From the NCBI GenBank assembly GCA_965655095.1, contig OZ296654.1, forward strand, positions 7,874,001 through 7,938,000: a stretch of 64,000 bases of DNA, read 5' to 3'. The translations under genes and the position numbers were made by a program. This DNA comes from Haplodiscus bocki (taxonomy: Eukaryota). Of this stretch, positions 1 to 12,426 are shown in pieces; within the stretch, counting starts at the first letter, position 1, and each line of letters begins with the position of its first letter. Below the pieces are notes generated by a model. The model saw only the letters and a program-made list of their open reading frames with translations, ran no database searches and was not told the origin of the DNA.

Positions 1-215
1 ATACAAAATACAAGGTCTAACAAGTAAAAGAGATTAATGTAGGGCTTATTGTTTATATATAATTTAGTTAACAAAAGTCTTAGGAATAGATTTTAGAAAT
101 AGTGTTTCATATTTGTACTATCAAACAATTTCTGGAATATAAATGACATTGCGAAAAATAACAATCGACAATAGCGTAAAATATATTCCACAAAGTGAAC
201 AAACTCAATCTATTT

Positions 216-217
<2 letters not shown>

Positions 218-268
<51 letters not shown>
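218..268 (+). repeat. (GA)n microsatellite, about 25 units
   Basis: Directly visible; it produces the ERERER run of ORF 195..389. Confidence 0.97.
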
Positions 269-270
<2 letters not shown>

Positions 271-385
271 TTAAACCAAACACAATAAAGAATAATTCAA
301 TTCCTCGTGAACAAAACAAAAAGCTTTCACTGAATAATAAAAAATTTATTGTAAAAATTTCAGCAGAAGGTTTTAAAATTATTAA

Positions 386-1464
386 ATGATGAATAACGAA
401 TTATTACTTTTAATTAAAAAACATACTGATAAATTGATCGATCAAACGAGAACTCCTTCTCAAGAAACGCTTGAATTTAAAATGAATAAGCAAATGGGAT
501 CTTTTTCCTTTAATCCTCCAAAAAATTTATCAGAAGGAAAATGGCTATTGGGAGTGACTTCTTTGGGAGAAACCAATTCTGTTTTTAATATAAACAATGA
601 AAACAAAAATTTTTCAATTTCAACACCAGGTTATTGGTCTGCCAGAGGAGGTGTGGAAACAATTAATGAACTACGAGATTTATTAAGTCTTAGAGAACAA
701 AATGACATTAAATTACATGTAGAAGAAGTTAGGAAAAGTGGAAATCAAATAAAAATAGGAGATAAAAAAATAAATTATCTGACCTTGATACTCGTAAAAA
801 CGAGAAAATTGATCTCTTGAAAAACGCAGAATATAACGATCTTGAAGACATGGTTTTTAGAACGGAATTAGCATATAGCGAGATTGAAAAAATACTTGAC
901 ATTAAATATATTGCAACATCGGTTACTGGATATACTCTTCCTCCAGGAATTTATGAAATTAATGATATTAATTCAATGTTAGAGTCATTACTTCCAGATG
1001 ATGTAAAAGTAAATATTACAATTGATGATATTAGATTAAGATCAAAGTTAACCACTAATAGAACAATTAGGTTTACTAGAAAATCTTTTTTTTATACTAT
1101 ATTAGGATTTACCCAATCTAATTCAGGTCCACTAAATGAAATTGAACGATTTATTTTATTGATTCCAGGCACATATGAAAGCAATAGACCTATTAACATT
1201 ATAGGAATTGACAAAATTCACTTAAAAAGTGATTGTATTAATGGATCAATTGTTAATGGTGTCAGAGAGCCAATTTTATACTATTTTGGTCTTGATACAC
1301 TTCCTGGTCATGAAATATATAAAGAATCAATAATTAAAACTCTCAAAAAGATGAATAAATCTGTTCTCTCTCGGATCATATTCTATTTAGATGGCGATGA
1401 TCACAAACCGGTTAATTTTGACAGTGAGACGATAAGTTTTACTTGTCAATTAATTAAAATATAA
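386..1464 (+). pseudogene. Polinton minor capsid (penton)-like protein, copy 1, frameshifted near 770-820
   Basis: ORFs 386..820 and 817..1464 join. Motifs GKWLLGVTSL, LPPGIYEINDIN, TILGF, IHLKSDCINGSIVNG..PILY and VNFDSETISFTCQL follow the pattern of Polinton single-jelly-roll minor capsids. Confidence 0.7.
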
Positions 1465-1467
1465 TAA

Positions 1468-2566
1468 ATGAACTTAAATATGATTATTCCCAAAACTGAA
1501 ACAGAAGATTTATTACTGTTATTTACTAAAAACTGTGAAACCCTTATTAAACAAACTCGCACAAGACGCCAAAAAACACTTGAAATCAAACTTTCCAAAT
1601 CAAGAGAGACATTATCATTTAAACCGTTTATTAACCTTGGTCTTGATTTTAATTGGATGCTTGGTTTAATGACTTTAGAGGTTTACAATTCTATTTTTAA
1701 TATAACACATGAAAACAACAAATTCGAACTTCATACAGATACTTTTGATGAGTTTTCACTTGAAGAATTAAACGATGAGCTTGAAGAGATCGTTAATATT
1801 TCAAATAATTCACACGAGCATCTACAAGATGAAATAATCGGACCACGTATATTTTCAGCATATAAAAAACTAGAAACAGGAAAGAGACGGACTGATGGTT
1901 ATTACATGTTTTTAATGGGTTATGCTAGATCTCCATTTCGAGATTTTGAAAGTTATCTTAGGATTGTAGTTGGATTGGATGAAGACGATATTCAGTTAAT
2001 TTTGAAACAATATAATTCAAATTTCGTTACTTATGAAAAATTACCTGGTATTTACTCGGTTAAAGATATTTCAGAGGTTGTTTACACCATGGGTGATCAT
2101 GAAGGGACCTTGAAAATTGAATATAATGATATTCACATGAAAACAAAACCTATTTTAAAACGATTTGGAGGAACTTTTGGAACGCTAAGACTTGATGAAA
2201 AATAGTTGTTTAATACATTATTAGGAGTTACACCATATTGGGATTATAAACTTACTAAGGCCATCCATGCTGATAGTCCGGGTGTATATACTAGTGATAA
2301 AAATTTGAATTTATGTAAAATAGATAACATTCAATTAAAAAGTGATGTTATTAATGGCTTTGTAGTAAAGGGAACACAGTAGCCTAGACTTTTTAGTTAT
2401 GTGCTAGACAAACCGAGTGCTTTCAGAATGTTTTGCGAGCATGAAACAATACACTAAAAAAGCAAGTCTGTTTTGAAAAGTATAACATTTTACTTAGATG
2501 AATCATGAAGAATTTACCTTTAATTGAGAAAGGTTGACTTTTACATTACAATTAATCAAAAATTGA
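1468..2566 (+). pseudogene. Polinton minor capsid (penton)-like protein, copy 2
   Basis: ORF 1468..2205 (WMLGLMTLEVYNSIFNIT, LPGIYSVKDI) is clearly homologous to copy 1. Homology continues past the stop at 2203 (TLLG, IDNIQLKSDVINGFVVKG, KSVLKSITFYLD, TFTLQLIKN). Confidence 0.68.
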
Positions 2567-2574
2567 ATAATTAA

Positions 2575-2990
2575 ATGAGCTTTCAAAAATTTAAAACGGA
2601 TAATTATTGTGTTGGCGGTAGACATAGATCTGCTACAAAAAACATTTCTGGTGATATAACCTCTAAAGGCAGTAAAATACTAGTTGGTCATTGTTCGATT
2701 TCAAGTTGTAATAGAAAAAAATCGATGACTGTTAGTGATAACACAATGATAGGAGAGGATCTTAGTAATTTTTTCAAGAATTAAGTAATAAAGGACTATA
2801 CGTATCAAAAAAGATGGCAAAAAACGTTCAAAAAAATCCTTCACGAGCTTTGGATATTACAGCAAACAGTGCTACAGCAGCTGCAAGTAGAAATCCTAAT
2901 AATGTATTATCAACATCCCTTGAAGTGATCAATGTCTATCACACGGGCAGAGGGTTACACTTGGGCAAAGTTGGAAAATTCACGCTTATA
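2575..2990 (+). pseudogene. Small basic Polinton protein with an N-terminal Cys motif and an amphipathic segment (core/membrane-lytic-like)
   Basis: YCVGGRH...GHCSISSCNRKKS, then DLSNFFKN*..KGLYVSKKMAKNVQKNPSRALDITAN. One in-frame stop at 2782. Function is inferred only. Confidence 0.45.
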
Positions 2991-2993
2991 TAA

Positions 2994-3545
2994 ATGGAAC
3001 AAAGAACAGATAGATTATACCCCACAGCACCATTAGAAAAAAATGATTTAGAACAACGATTAGAAAAAAAATTAAATGTAAATAGTTTTAATAACTCAAA
3101 TAATAACATTAAGGACATGATTACATACTTCAAAGACAAAAACTATAAATCAAAAAATATATATGAAAAATACAAAACGTGAACTACAGTATTAAAATCA
3201 TTTGATACAATTGTTATTATTGCCAAAACATCAGTTCTATTACGTTGAGTCTCACGGGAATTGGTTTGATAGCGATACCGATATCAGCTGTAACAGCATG
3301 TGGAATCAATGAGTAACAAAGCAATATATGAGATAGTTATGCAGAAACATAATATATACAAAAAACAATATGAAAGAGACCAACAAACATTTGTATCTTT
3401 TGATAATTTATATCGGAAAAGTTTGCAAGATAATTTAATGGATTAAAGTGAATATGAATCTCTATTTAGTATTTCTACTAGATATTTGGATGAAACGAAA
3501 AATGAACCTTTTTTTATAAATATGAACGTAAAAAAAATTAAATCA
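2994..3545 (+). pseudogene. Hypothetical Polinton membrane protein (disrupted)
   Basis: Starts MEQRTDRLYPTAPLE and continues past stops into hydrophobic stretches (FDTIVII; LSLTGIGLIAIPISAVTACG). Confidence 0.45.
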
Positions 3546-3626
3546 GTTTAGTAATAATAAATTAAAATTCAACTTATGACCTAGAACTGTTCTGTTTAAT
3601 GAAATGAGAACTGTTCTGTATTATAA

Positions 3627-4372
3627 ATGGATCGAAACTGTACTGCATGTAACATGAAGATAGATTCAAAAAATTAAAGAAAGATACAACTGTTTGTAAG
3701 GGTCGTTACAATATATATATAAAAAATGAAAATACAATATTAAAACCTTAATCCAAAACCAACATCCAAAAATCGAAAATGTTAGCACTAACAATAACAA
3801 TCGAACACTATTGGTTGGCCCTAGTTTTTCGGGTAAAACTTCCCTTATGTTGAAAGTTCTTTCACGAATACCACTCGATCGAGATTATTTATATAATCAC
3901 CAAATAACCTCCTGAACAGTATTCCAATTCTAAAATCAAAATTAAAGAAATAGAAGAACTAAAACCTCTCAAGGAATATGAAAATGCTATCATAGTTTTT
4001 GATGATATCTTAGGCTTATCAAATAGTAGATACATAGATGAGTTTTTCATAAGAGGAGGACATAATATTTTAGTTATTTATTATCTATCACAACCTTATT
4101 TTGATTTACCAAAAAGAACTAAACGAAATACTAGTAACAACATAATTCTGTTCAACCAAACATTAAAAGATATTGAAAACATATACAGAGACGTTGGGGG
4201 ATACGATATGAGTTATGATGAATTTGAACAATTATGTAGAAATACATGGAAAGAGGAATATAAGTATCTTTGTATTCATAGATCTAAAAAGAGAGATCAA
4301 GGACGGTATTGTTTTTGTAATGAGAGCAAAAAGACATATACAGAATGCACTCCTGAAACGAAACCTTTTTGA
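3627..4372 (+). pseudogene. Genome-packaging ATPase (A32/FtsK-HerA type), frameshifted; missed by the ORF track
   Basis: Hand translation gives Walker A TLLVGPSFSGKT (GPSFSGKT at 3817-3840), Walker B AIIVFDDILG, then FFIRGGH and YYLSQPYFDLPKRT.RN. Frameshift and stop near 3885-3910. Confidence 0.88.
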
Positions 4373-4381
4373 TTAACATAA

Positions 4382-5248
4382 ATGTTGTACCCAATTGAAA
4401 ACAGAGATGATTTGGAAAATTTAAACGAGTTAGTCTCGTTAAACAACCAAGCAAAAGCAGTAAGATTATAAGATAGATTAGGAATACAAAATTTTCACGA
4501 GGACATGAAAATAGTATTCGAACCAGTTAATGATACAATTAAAAAAAAACCTCTGAAGATTTAGCAAAAAACCATGATGTCAACTTCTAAAGAGAACAAC
4601 AAAGCACTAGAGAAATTAAACGACAAACTTTTAGAAAGAATGAATGATAGAGGTATAATAGCATCTTATTTATCATCTCCTTTATCTAAAATTACTAATC
4701 CTGAAAATACTAGTCAATTTACAATAGTAAAAGATTCTAATTCAAATAGAATTAATGATTTGCTGATACACAACTCAATACCAGTTACTTTATATGACAA
4801 TTTGTTAACATTTCGTGAAACAGGTAAAATATTTGAATTGAACGGGTAGCTTTTGAAAATAATAACCAATAAAAACAATAATGTTGATCTTGCTAGTTTA
4901 TCGGATAAAAAATTATTGTATGATTTTGCAAAGTAAATGTAATTCGATGTAAAAGGTCCGGGTATTGAATCTACTCGAGATCGTACTCTTATAAGATTAC
5001 TTAAATCACCTAGTATAATGGTTTCTCCTTCGAGTGTTTCCAAGAAATCTTTCTCAAAAATAAGATTTTTGTCATCTGACCCTAATGAACTTTGTGATAT
5101 ATTAAAATTGTTAATACAAAAAAAAGAAGCTGGTAAAATATCTTAAATAATTAATAAAGAAATCGTTGCTATAGTAGATAAATTATTAAAATACAAATGC
5201 ATATCTACGAAACAACATAAATTTCTGCTAGATAGATGTTTAAACTAA
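4382..5248 (+). pseudogene. Conserved Polinton hypothetical protein with a C-terminal DPNEL...L.LL.....AG motif
   Basis: Includes ORF 4574..4849. The 3' part translates as FLSSDPNELCDILKLLIQKKEAG..INKEIVAIVDKLL, a motif I recall from Polinton genes. Several stops. Confidence 0.5.
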
Positions 5249-6341
5249 ATGAAAATTATGAAGTTGATCGACGAATCCTAAAATGTGATTATATTCGTTA
5301 TTGACCTGCAGAGAAATCAACAATAAACACTCTTAATAGTCAAATATATATCAACATACCTAGAGAAGATTCTGTTACTTCTTTCTTAAATAGCTATCTT
5401 CATTTAAATTTCGATGTTTTAGATGGTGCTACTGGCAACAGATTTGTTGATGGTAATGATAAAAGACTGGTTAATTCATGTCCGATTGCGTCATTTAGCA
5501 ATTACAAATTGACAACGTCATCAGGAAAACATCTAGAAGATATTAGCCACGCACATATTGTTTTTTTAATGTATAAGCTATTGACTAGCTCTAAAAATAC
5601 AGATGATTTGTCTCTTGGATTTGACCGAGATAGAAATAGTGATAATTCTGTTTTGAACAAAGATAATGCAACCATCACTGGTAAAACTAAAATTACTAGT
5701 ATTGAATGGTATGTACCACATTATACCCCATCAATTCCCCAACAAGCTATATTATCTGAACAGATTTTAAGTAAGTCACCTACAGAGCTTCATTATGTGG
5801 AGAGATCCGTTTTTATGAAAGAAGAGAATACTCAGAATTTATGGACTTTTGACTTAGGGACTCCAGAAGGAATAAACGTTCCTATAAGGATGATTGTAGG
5901 TTTTCAACAAAGAAGACAGACAAGACTAACAAAATTTAAACGATGATACTTTCTTAGACCTCCAGTAACAAGTAGCCAATGCATATTGGGACCGAAACAT
6001 ACACTGACGCTGGTATATTATTAAATTATGATGATGATGATTATTCTCAAAGATATGGTCAAACTGAAGAAGCTTTTAAAGCTCTAACAAAAGATGATAT
6101 CCTCCAACCATATATATCAGATCATGGTTTTAGATCATCTATTAGTGCTAATGATATTGGATATGATTTATACGTTTTTGATATACAATATCAGAAAAAC
6201 CTAAAATCTGCTCAACCAATTAAAGTAGAGTTTAAATTTTCTGAAAAAAGTCCTGCTGGGATATAAGGTTATGCATTAGTTTTAACAAACAAATTGGTTA
6301 GCATAAGCTCAGATGGGCACACACACTTTGATTTAATTTGA
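5236..6341 (+). pseudogene. Major capsid protein (double jelly-roll)-like, disrupted
   Basis: Reads MFKLNENYEVDRRILKCDYIRY...SQIYINIPREDS..LNSYL.LNFDV, then ORFs 5509..5946 (IEWYVPHYTPS, VPIRMIVGFQ) and 5979..6266 (YDLYVFDIQYQK, IKVEFKF). Beta-rich, and its position among virion genes fits. Confidence 0.72.
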
Positions 6342-7175
6342 GTTTAATTTTTTCATTACATCTTTATTTTCTTTCATTGTCAAGTTAGTCTTCGTCAGTA
6401 AGGCTCCATTATATCTTTCTGGTAAATAGTCAATGCGATAACTCGCTATTGTATCAATAATAATTTCTTTAATTTCATATAATTTGTAAGACCAATTAGT
6501 TGTATCTCCTTTTGAAAAAGTTCTCCTCAAATCTGCTGTACGAACGAGATAATGAACTTTGGTTTTATTTTCTTTCGTTTGTCCAATAAATTATGGTAAA
6601 CATATCCTTCATTCCTTTTCAAAGAAGCTTGTTTTGGTGTTAATTTGGTAGAAGAATGTATTCAATTACTATATTGTTTCGTTATTATAGGTAATACATC
6701 AATCCAATTACCGTCTCGTATTTCAAAAACAGGCTTTTTTTAGAAGACTTCTTATGCTTTTATTAAAGCGTTCTACAAAACAGCACCTAATGAGCTATTT
6801 CTAGAATATATTTTGATATTATTGTTATTTAAGAAATTTTGAAAAACACTGTTATAAATTTCCTTTCACCGATCAGTTCCGATTAAATTTGGTTTTCTCT
6901 TGGATGATATAAGAATAATTTCAGAAGAGTCTTTTACTGTTTGAGCATTTTTATTTCTGAGAGGAATTGTCCACCCATATTTGTTGAAAAATCAATCACA
7001 ACTGAAACATATCTATAACCTCTTATTTTCAGGACCGTAATCTTTTAGGTCTAACATATCTAAAGACCAAATGTCATCAATATGATAAACATCAGTTTTG
7101 TTTCTCAGGTAATTCTTTTTAGGTGGTTTGAAAAAAAAATTCATCTATTAAAATTTTGATTGTTTTCTGAGTCAT
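6333..7175 (-). pseudogene. Retroviral-type DDE integrase of the Polinton
   Basis: Minus strand from ATG 7175 reads KPPKKNYLRNKTDVYHIDDIWSLDMLDLKDYGPENKRGYRYV.VVID, with later GAVFVERFN and WIDVLPI fragments. The C-terminus is ORF 6333..6530 (FSKGDTTNWSYKLYEI). Multiple frameshifts. Confidence 0.85.
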
Positions 7176-7179
7176 TTAT

Positions 7180-7753
7180 ATTCGAGTTTATCCTCAAGGA
7201 TTTTTCTATTTCTCTAAGTTCAGGATCATACTTTGACCCACGAAAGAAATAAGGTAATCCAGGACCGTTATAATTATAATCATAAACATTATCAAGTATT
7301 GGCGCTTCCTCATTAACAACGTAATTAGGCCAAAATTTAATTCTTCTGTGGAGACCATCATCGCGCTTATCTTGATCTTGATGACTAAAACTTTTGTTAT
7401 AAATCTTGTTTAAATTGTGCTATCATATTTTCTTTATAATTATACCTAAAATCATCATCATCATCATCATCATCAAATGTGACCTAGTCAATCATATTTG
7501 TAACTATCCTAAAATATGTTTGCAAAAACCCATACACTGGTAAAACATCTACACTTCCAAATATCATCTCCCAAAAAGCTTTCTCAAGTATAATACCTTC
7601 ATTCCTAGTTAGTTTTCTTTGTAGAAAATATGATGGCCAAAAACCAATCACTTATCTATGTAAATGCCTACTAGTATAAAGATGCTTATTCCATTGTTCT
7701 TAAGTTATAAATCTCTCACAAAGTTGACAATATGTATCGTTAGAGAGTGCCAT
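7180..7753 (-). pseudogene. Hypothetical protein with an N-terminal C2H2-like zinc finger and a poly-Asp tract
   Basis: Reads MALSNDTYCQLCERFIT*EQWNKHLYTSRHLH. The (TCA)n run at about 7452-7474 encodes poly-Asp on this strand. Confidence 0.5.
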
Positions 7754-7918
7754 TTAGAAATTGATGTTTGTCTATTCAGTTTTTAAAAACCCCCAATATA
7801 TTTTTCGTAAAAATTGTTGATATGTTTTTCAAAATTACACATGGTACAAATTTTATTATGTTTTCACTGAAAAAGAATTTTTATTTGAATAAATTCATCC
7901 ATAATAAATAGACTCAAA

Positions 7919-10900
7919 ATGGAAAACAGCCGCAGATGTGATGTTTGTAATACTGATGTTCATCGAGCATCATTAGCTAAACACTTAAGGAGTGAAAAGC
8001 ATTTGGAAAATGAGAAAAAAATGATTTTATCAGAATGGCTGTCTAAAGAACCTATTAGAAAGAAAATTAAAAAAAAATAAAATCCTAAACTTTTAAAACA
8101 AATAGCAAAAGAAAATATTAAATTAGCTGATAAACAGTTGAATGAAGAATTAGCTGAAAAGATGATTAATCCTTATTATTTTACTGATATAAACTTGAGA
8201 AATGGATATAATATAAATTTAGATAGCCATCATATCAGCCAAGCTAATTCTAAAGTAACTATTGAACCCAATTATCCGGAAATTGGTAATGAATTCAGAT
8301 ATATTAATAAAATCTTAAAGGAAATGGCTATTATTTATGCTAGACTAATAAATCAATAAAAATTTAAATATCAAACAATATTTTCAGCAAGAATTGATAA
8401 GCAAGATGAAGATAGACAGACGTTAGATGAAACTGAATTATTTATTAACTTAAATATTAATCAAAATTTAACAGAATCTGATATTGATAATATTGATACT
8501 AAATCTACATTCGAACAACAAATTTAAAATCAAGAAATGAAGGATTCTGGTTGGAGAACTGATAATATTATTTCAATGACAATATATTTCTACAAAACTG
8601 GTGAATTAAATGGTTCAAGTTAAATAAAAATTCCTTCGAGATCAGCAGCTATATTAAATATTGAAACTAATGATAAATTTTGTTTTATTCGGTCTTCTTT
8701 GGCTCACCTTCATCCTTGTGAAAATAGTCATCCAACAAGAGTAAAAACTTATAAACAATTTTTCAATGAATTAAACATTCAAGATTTTGATTTCACTAAT
8801 GGATTTAAATGTAGTGACATGCATAGATTTGAGAAATTAAATAACTTATCTACTAACATATTTGAATTAAATTTTTATCAAGATCAAAATAGATGGAAAC
8901 CTAAATTGACTCCTATTGAGATTAGTAAAAATGAGTCAGATAGAGTTGTTGACTTATTAATACACGAAAATCATTATGCTCTCATTATAAAAAACTAAAT
9001 ATATCTTTAGGAAATCGTAAAAAAAATTTATATGTAGACGGTGTTTAAATTCTTATACAAATGGACATGCTTTAATGAATCATAGAGAAAAATGTGGAGA
9101 ATAAGATATATGTACTATTAGAACTTCAAATGAATCTCATCTTTATTGGAAAAAAAACAATTTCATAAGAATCCATTATATTTTAGAATTATTGCAGATT
9201 TCGAAGCTGATAATAAAATTGATGATTCTAGTACAGGTAATAAAACAACTAATATTTATAATCAAAATCCAATATGTAAAGCTTATTATATAATATCTGA
9301 ATTAGAGGATGTTTTGAAAAGTGGTTATTATAATTCAAATTTAGATCATAATAATGTAGACTGGTTTGTGGATGAAATTATAAAACTTGAAAACAAAATG
9401 GCTTTCTATTTTAAAAACACTAATAAAGATATTATAATGACTGAAGAAGATGATGAGGATTATAGAAGTAATAATGTTTCTCGATTTTGTGAAAAAGAAA
9501 TTTTAATTGATAAGGTTAGAGATCATTGTCATTTGATTGGTTCTTCCAGAGGTTCAGCACAGCAGTCATGTAATATTAATGTTACACCGAAACAAAGTAT
9601 TTTTATTCCATTTAAATTTCCAATTTGTAATTACGATTGTCACCTATTTTTTAAGAAGTTAGTTGATAAAAAGAATGATAAAGTAAAAACTGATATTATT
9701 CCTCAATCAAACGAAGAATATATTTCGATAGCATATGGTTGTATCAGATTCATCGATTTTTATCAATGGGATTAGATGAATTAGTTAAAAAGTTAGATAA
9801 CGACGATTTCAATATTTTGAAAACAGAATTTCCAGATACATGGCAAAATTTAAACAAAAAATTAGCTTATCCAAATGAAATTTTCAATAGCATTGATGAT
9901 TATAAAACACCTGTTGATAATTTGAAAAAAGATGACTTCTTCAGTTCAGTAAATAAAAAAACAAATGCCCTGATGATGGTGAAATACAACGGACAAACTT
10001 ATTAAATTATTTGATATTAAAGACGGAGAAGAATTAACACAACTATATTTAATAAGTGATGTAATTTTATTAGCTGACGTTATTGAGAAATTCGTTAAAG
10101 TATCTACCAAAGAATATGGTATAAATCCTCTATATTTTGTAAGTTTACCTGGGTATACTTATCAATGTGCTTTGAAAAATACTGATATTAAAATACAAAC
10201 ATTACAAGATAAAGATATGATTTTTTTAATAGAAAATAATATACGAGGCGGCATTTCATCCGTATTGGGAGATCGTTATGTAACAGCGGATGAAAACAAA
10301 AAGATATTATATACAGATGCCATTAATCTGTATGGAGACTCAATGAGTCAACCTTTACCATATGATGAAATCGAGATGTGGCATAGTCATCCCCATCTTT
10401 ATATGAAAATCAAAAGAAATTTTGAACACTCCCGGTGATGCAGACACAGGCTATTTTGTCGAAGTTTATTCAAAATATTCAGATAATATAAAACAAAAAC
10501 AAAAAATTTTCCAGATGCTCCTGAAAATAAAATATGTAATAAAAATGATTTTAGTGATTTTATGAAAAAAATAAAACCAGATATTTATACTCAAACTAAG
10601 AAATTAATTTGTGATTGGACTGATTAAAAAAATTCAATTCATTATAGGTTGTTAAAAATTTATGTTAGACATGGTATGTTAGTTCAAAAATTCATGAAAT
10701 TATTTCATTTGAATAGAGTAAGTGGTTAGAAAATATGTGGGATACAATACTCAGAAACGGAGACCTAAATATCAATTTCGAAAAGATTTCTATATATTTT
10801 AGTAAACGCCATATACGGTAAAATTCTCGAATGTGTTCGTGATCGATGAAAATAGAATTTTTCAAAAAAATGAACATAAGAAAATTATAAAACAACAATC

Positions 10901-11562
10901 AAAATTAACATTCAATGGCATTCATAAATCATATGAAAATAGTGACAGCTATAATTTTGTGTACAATGAAGTTTTGATGGATGATAAAACAATTTATGTA
11001 GGATTTGCTGTATTAGAATTATCAAAGCTGCATATGTATGAATCATATGACAAATTACAGCCTTATTTTGGGCAGGAAAATATTCAATGTCATTCTATGG
11101 ACACTGACAGTTTTGTTTTGAGTTTGAAAAGAAAATATTATTATAGAAAAAATTATTAGGGACTAAAAAAATTTAGAGGATATATTCAATTTTAGTAACT
11201 TAGATGAAAATCACGAATTATTCAGTAATAAAAACCAAAAAGTAATCGGCAAATTTAAAAAAGAAACCCCTAAAGAAGAATTGGATTGATGAACTTGTTT
11301 GTTTGAGAAGTAAAATGTACGCTTTTAAATGTGGAGATAATAGTAAAAATAAATCCAAAGCTATTTCTAAACCTCATTAAAAAAATAAATTTGATGAATA
11401 TAAAAAAGCTTAGATGGTGAAGATTATCAAAAAGAAAGTGATAATTACATTCTTCGATCACTCACTAATGAAATATAACTTCACAAAAAAAATCAACACT
11501 ATCAGTTTTTGATGATAAACGAAAATATATAAATATTAAAAGAAAGTTTACCATTCAATTAA
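7919..11562 (+). pseudogene. polB: Protein-primed family B DNA polymerase (pPolB), heavily fragmented
   Basis: N-terminal CDVC...KHLRSEKH finger; IIADFEA (ExoI); RDHCHL.G..RG.A...CN insert; NYDCHLFF (ExoII); IRGGIS; ILYTDAINLYG.SMSQPLP (motif A); NAIYGK (motif B, about 10805); MDTDSFVL (motif C); FDDKR near the end. Confidence 0.92.
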
Positions 11563-11842
11563 TACTATTAAATGGTTACAGAAGTATGAGAAAAATTTGA
11601 AAAATCAAGACATGTTAAAAATAATGATAAATCTAAAAAAAATTATTTATGAGGTGAAAGAAGAACTAGATATTATGATGGAGTTCAATCTAAGCAACAT
11701 AAATGTAATAAAAATAATATATTGTAATTTTATATTTTAACAGAATTGTATAATTCAATATAATATTATATTTTCAATTTCAATTATACTTAATTTTATA
11801 ATTTATCATAACCCTATATTTTATATTCAACAATATTTAATA

Positions 11843-12426
11843 AGTAGTGTGGGAAACAGAATATGACGTCAGGCGTAAGGATCGCACATTTTGATTAAAA
11901 AATAAAAAATTCATAGCAGAGTCCCTACACAGGGTATATGTATATTTTACATTATTCAAACCCGTAATTGAAATTTTTTAATTTTACATCTGTGATATAG
12001 TATAATTCCATTTAATTATTAACTATTCTGTACGAATTATAGTTTTTCATCATTGATATTATAAGTTGTGTTACCCCATTGATGTAGTATAATTTCAAAA
12101 TTTTAATTTTACATAATTTTTTCCCATAACCCCATTGATAAAGTATAATTTTACTTAATTTTCACTGTTTTCAAATAATTTCACTTGATTTTCACTGTGT
12201 TTTTTTTTCCTGTAACCCATGGATATAGTATAATTTTATTAATTTTTATAGTTTTAAATTTGTGTAATTTTTTCCTGTGTTACCCCATTGATAAAAAATT
12301 ATATTTTATTTAATATTTTATTTAATAATTATGCCCCTGTGTAGGGACTCTGCCATGAATTTTTATTTTTTTTATTAAAATGTGCGTCCCCGGCGTCTCG
12401 CGTCATATTCTGTTTCGCACACCACT
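11843..12426. repeat. Fold-back terminal region: 92-bp inverted arms (11843-11934 and 12335-12426) around AT-rich subrepeats
   Basis: AGTAGTGTGGGAAACAGAATATGACG...GCAGAGTCCCTACACAGGG matches the reverse complement of 12335-12426 at roughly 80%. About six copies of CCCATTGATATAGTATAATTT-like units lie between the arms. Confidence 0.88.

Larger units (their letters stand above)
1..12426. mobile_element. Decayed Polinton/Maverick-type endogenous virus, right portion (left end is outside the window)
   Basis: Compact intronless cluster of hallmark genes (penton-like x2, A32/FtsK-type ATPase, capsid, DDE integrase, protein-primed PolB). It ends in ...CACACCACT at 12426, whose reverse complement AGTGGTGTG fits the 5'-AG/(AGT)n Polinton terminus. 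Most genes carry stops or frameshifts. Confidence 0.92.

Noticed and set aside
195-389. 64-aa ORF with an ER repeat
   Set aside because: The repeat is a translated (GA)n microsatellite; no independent coding evidence.
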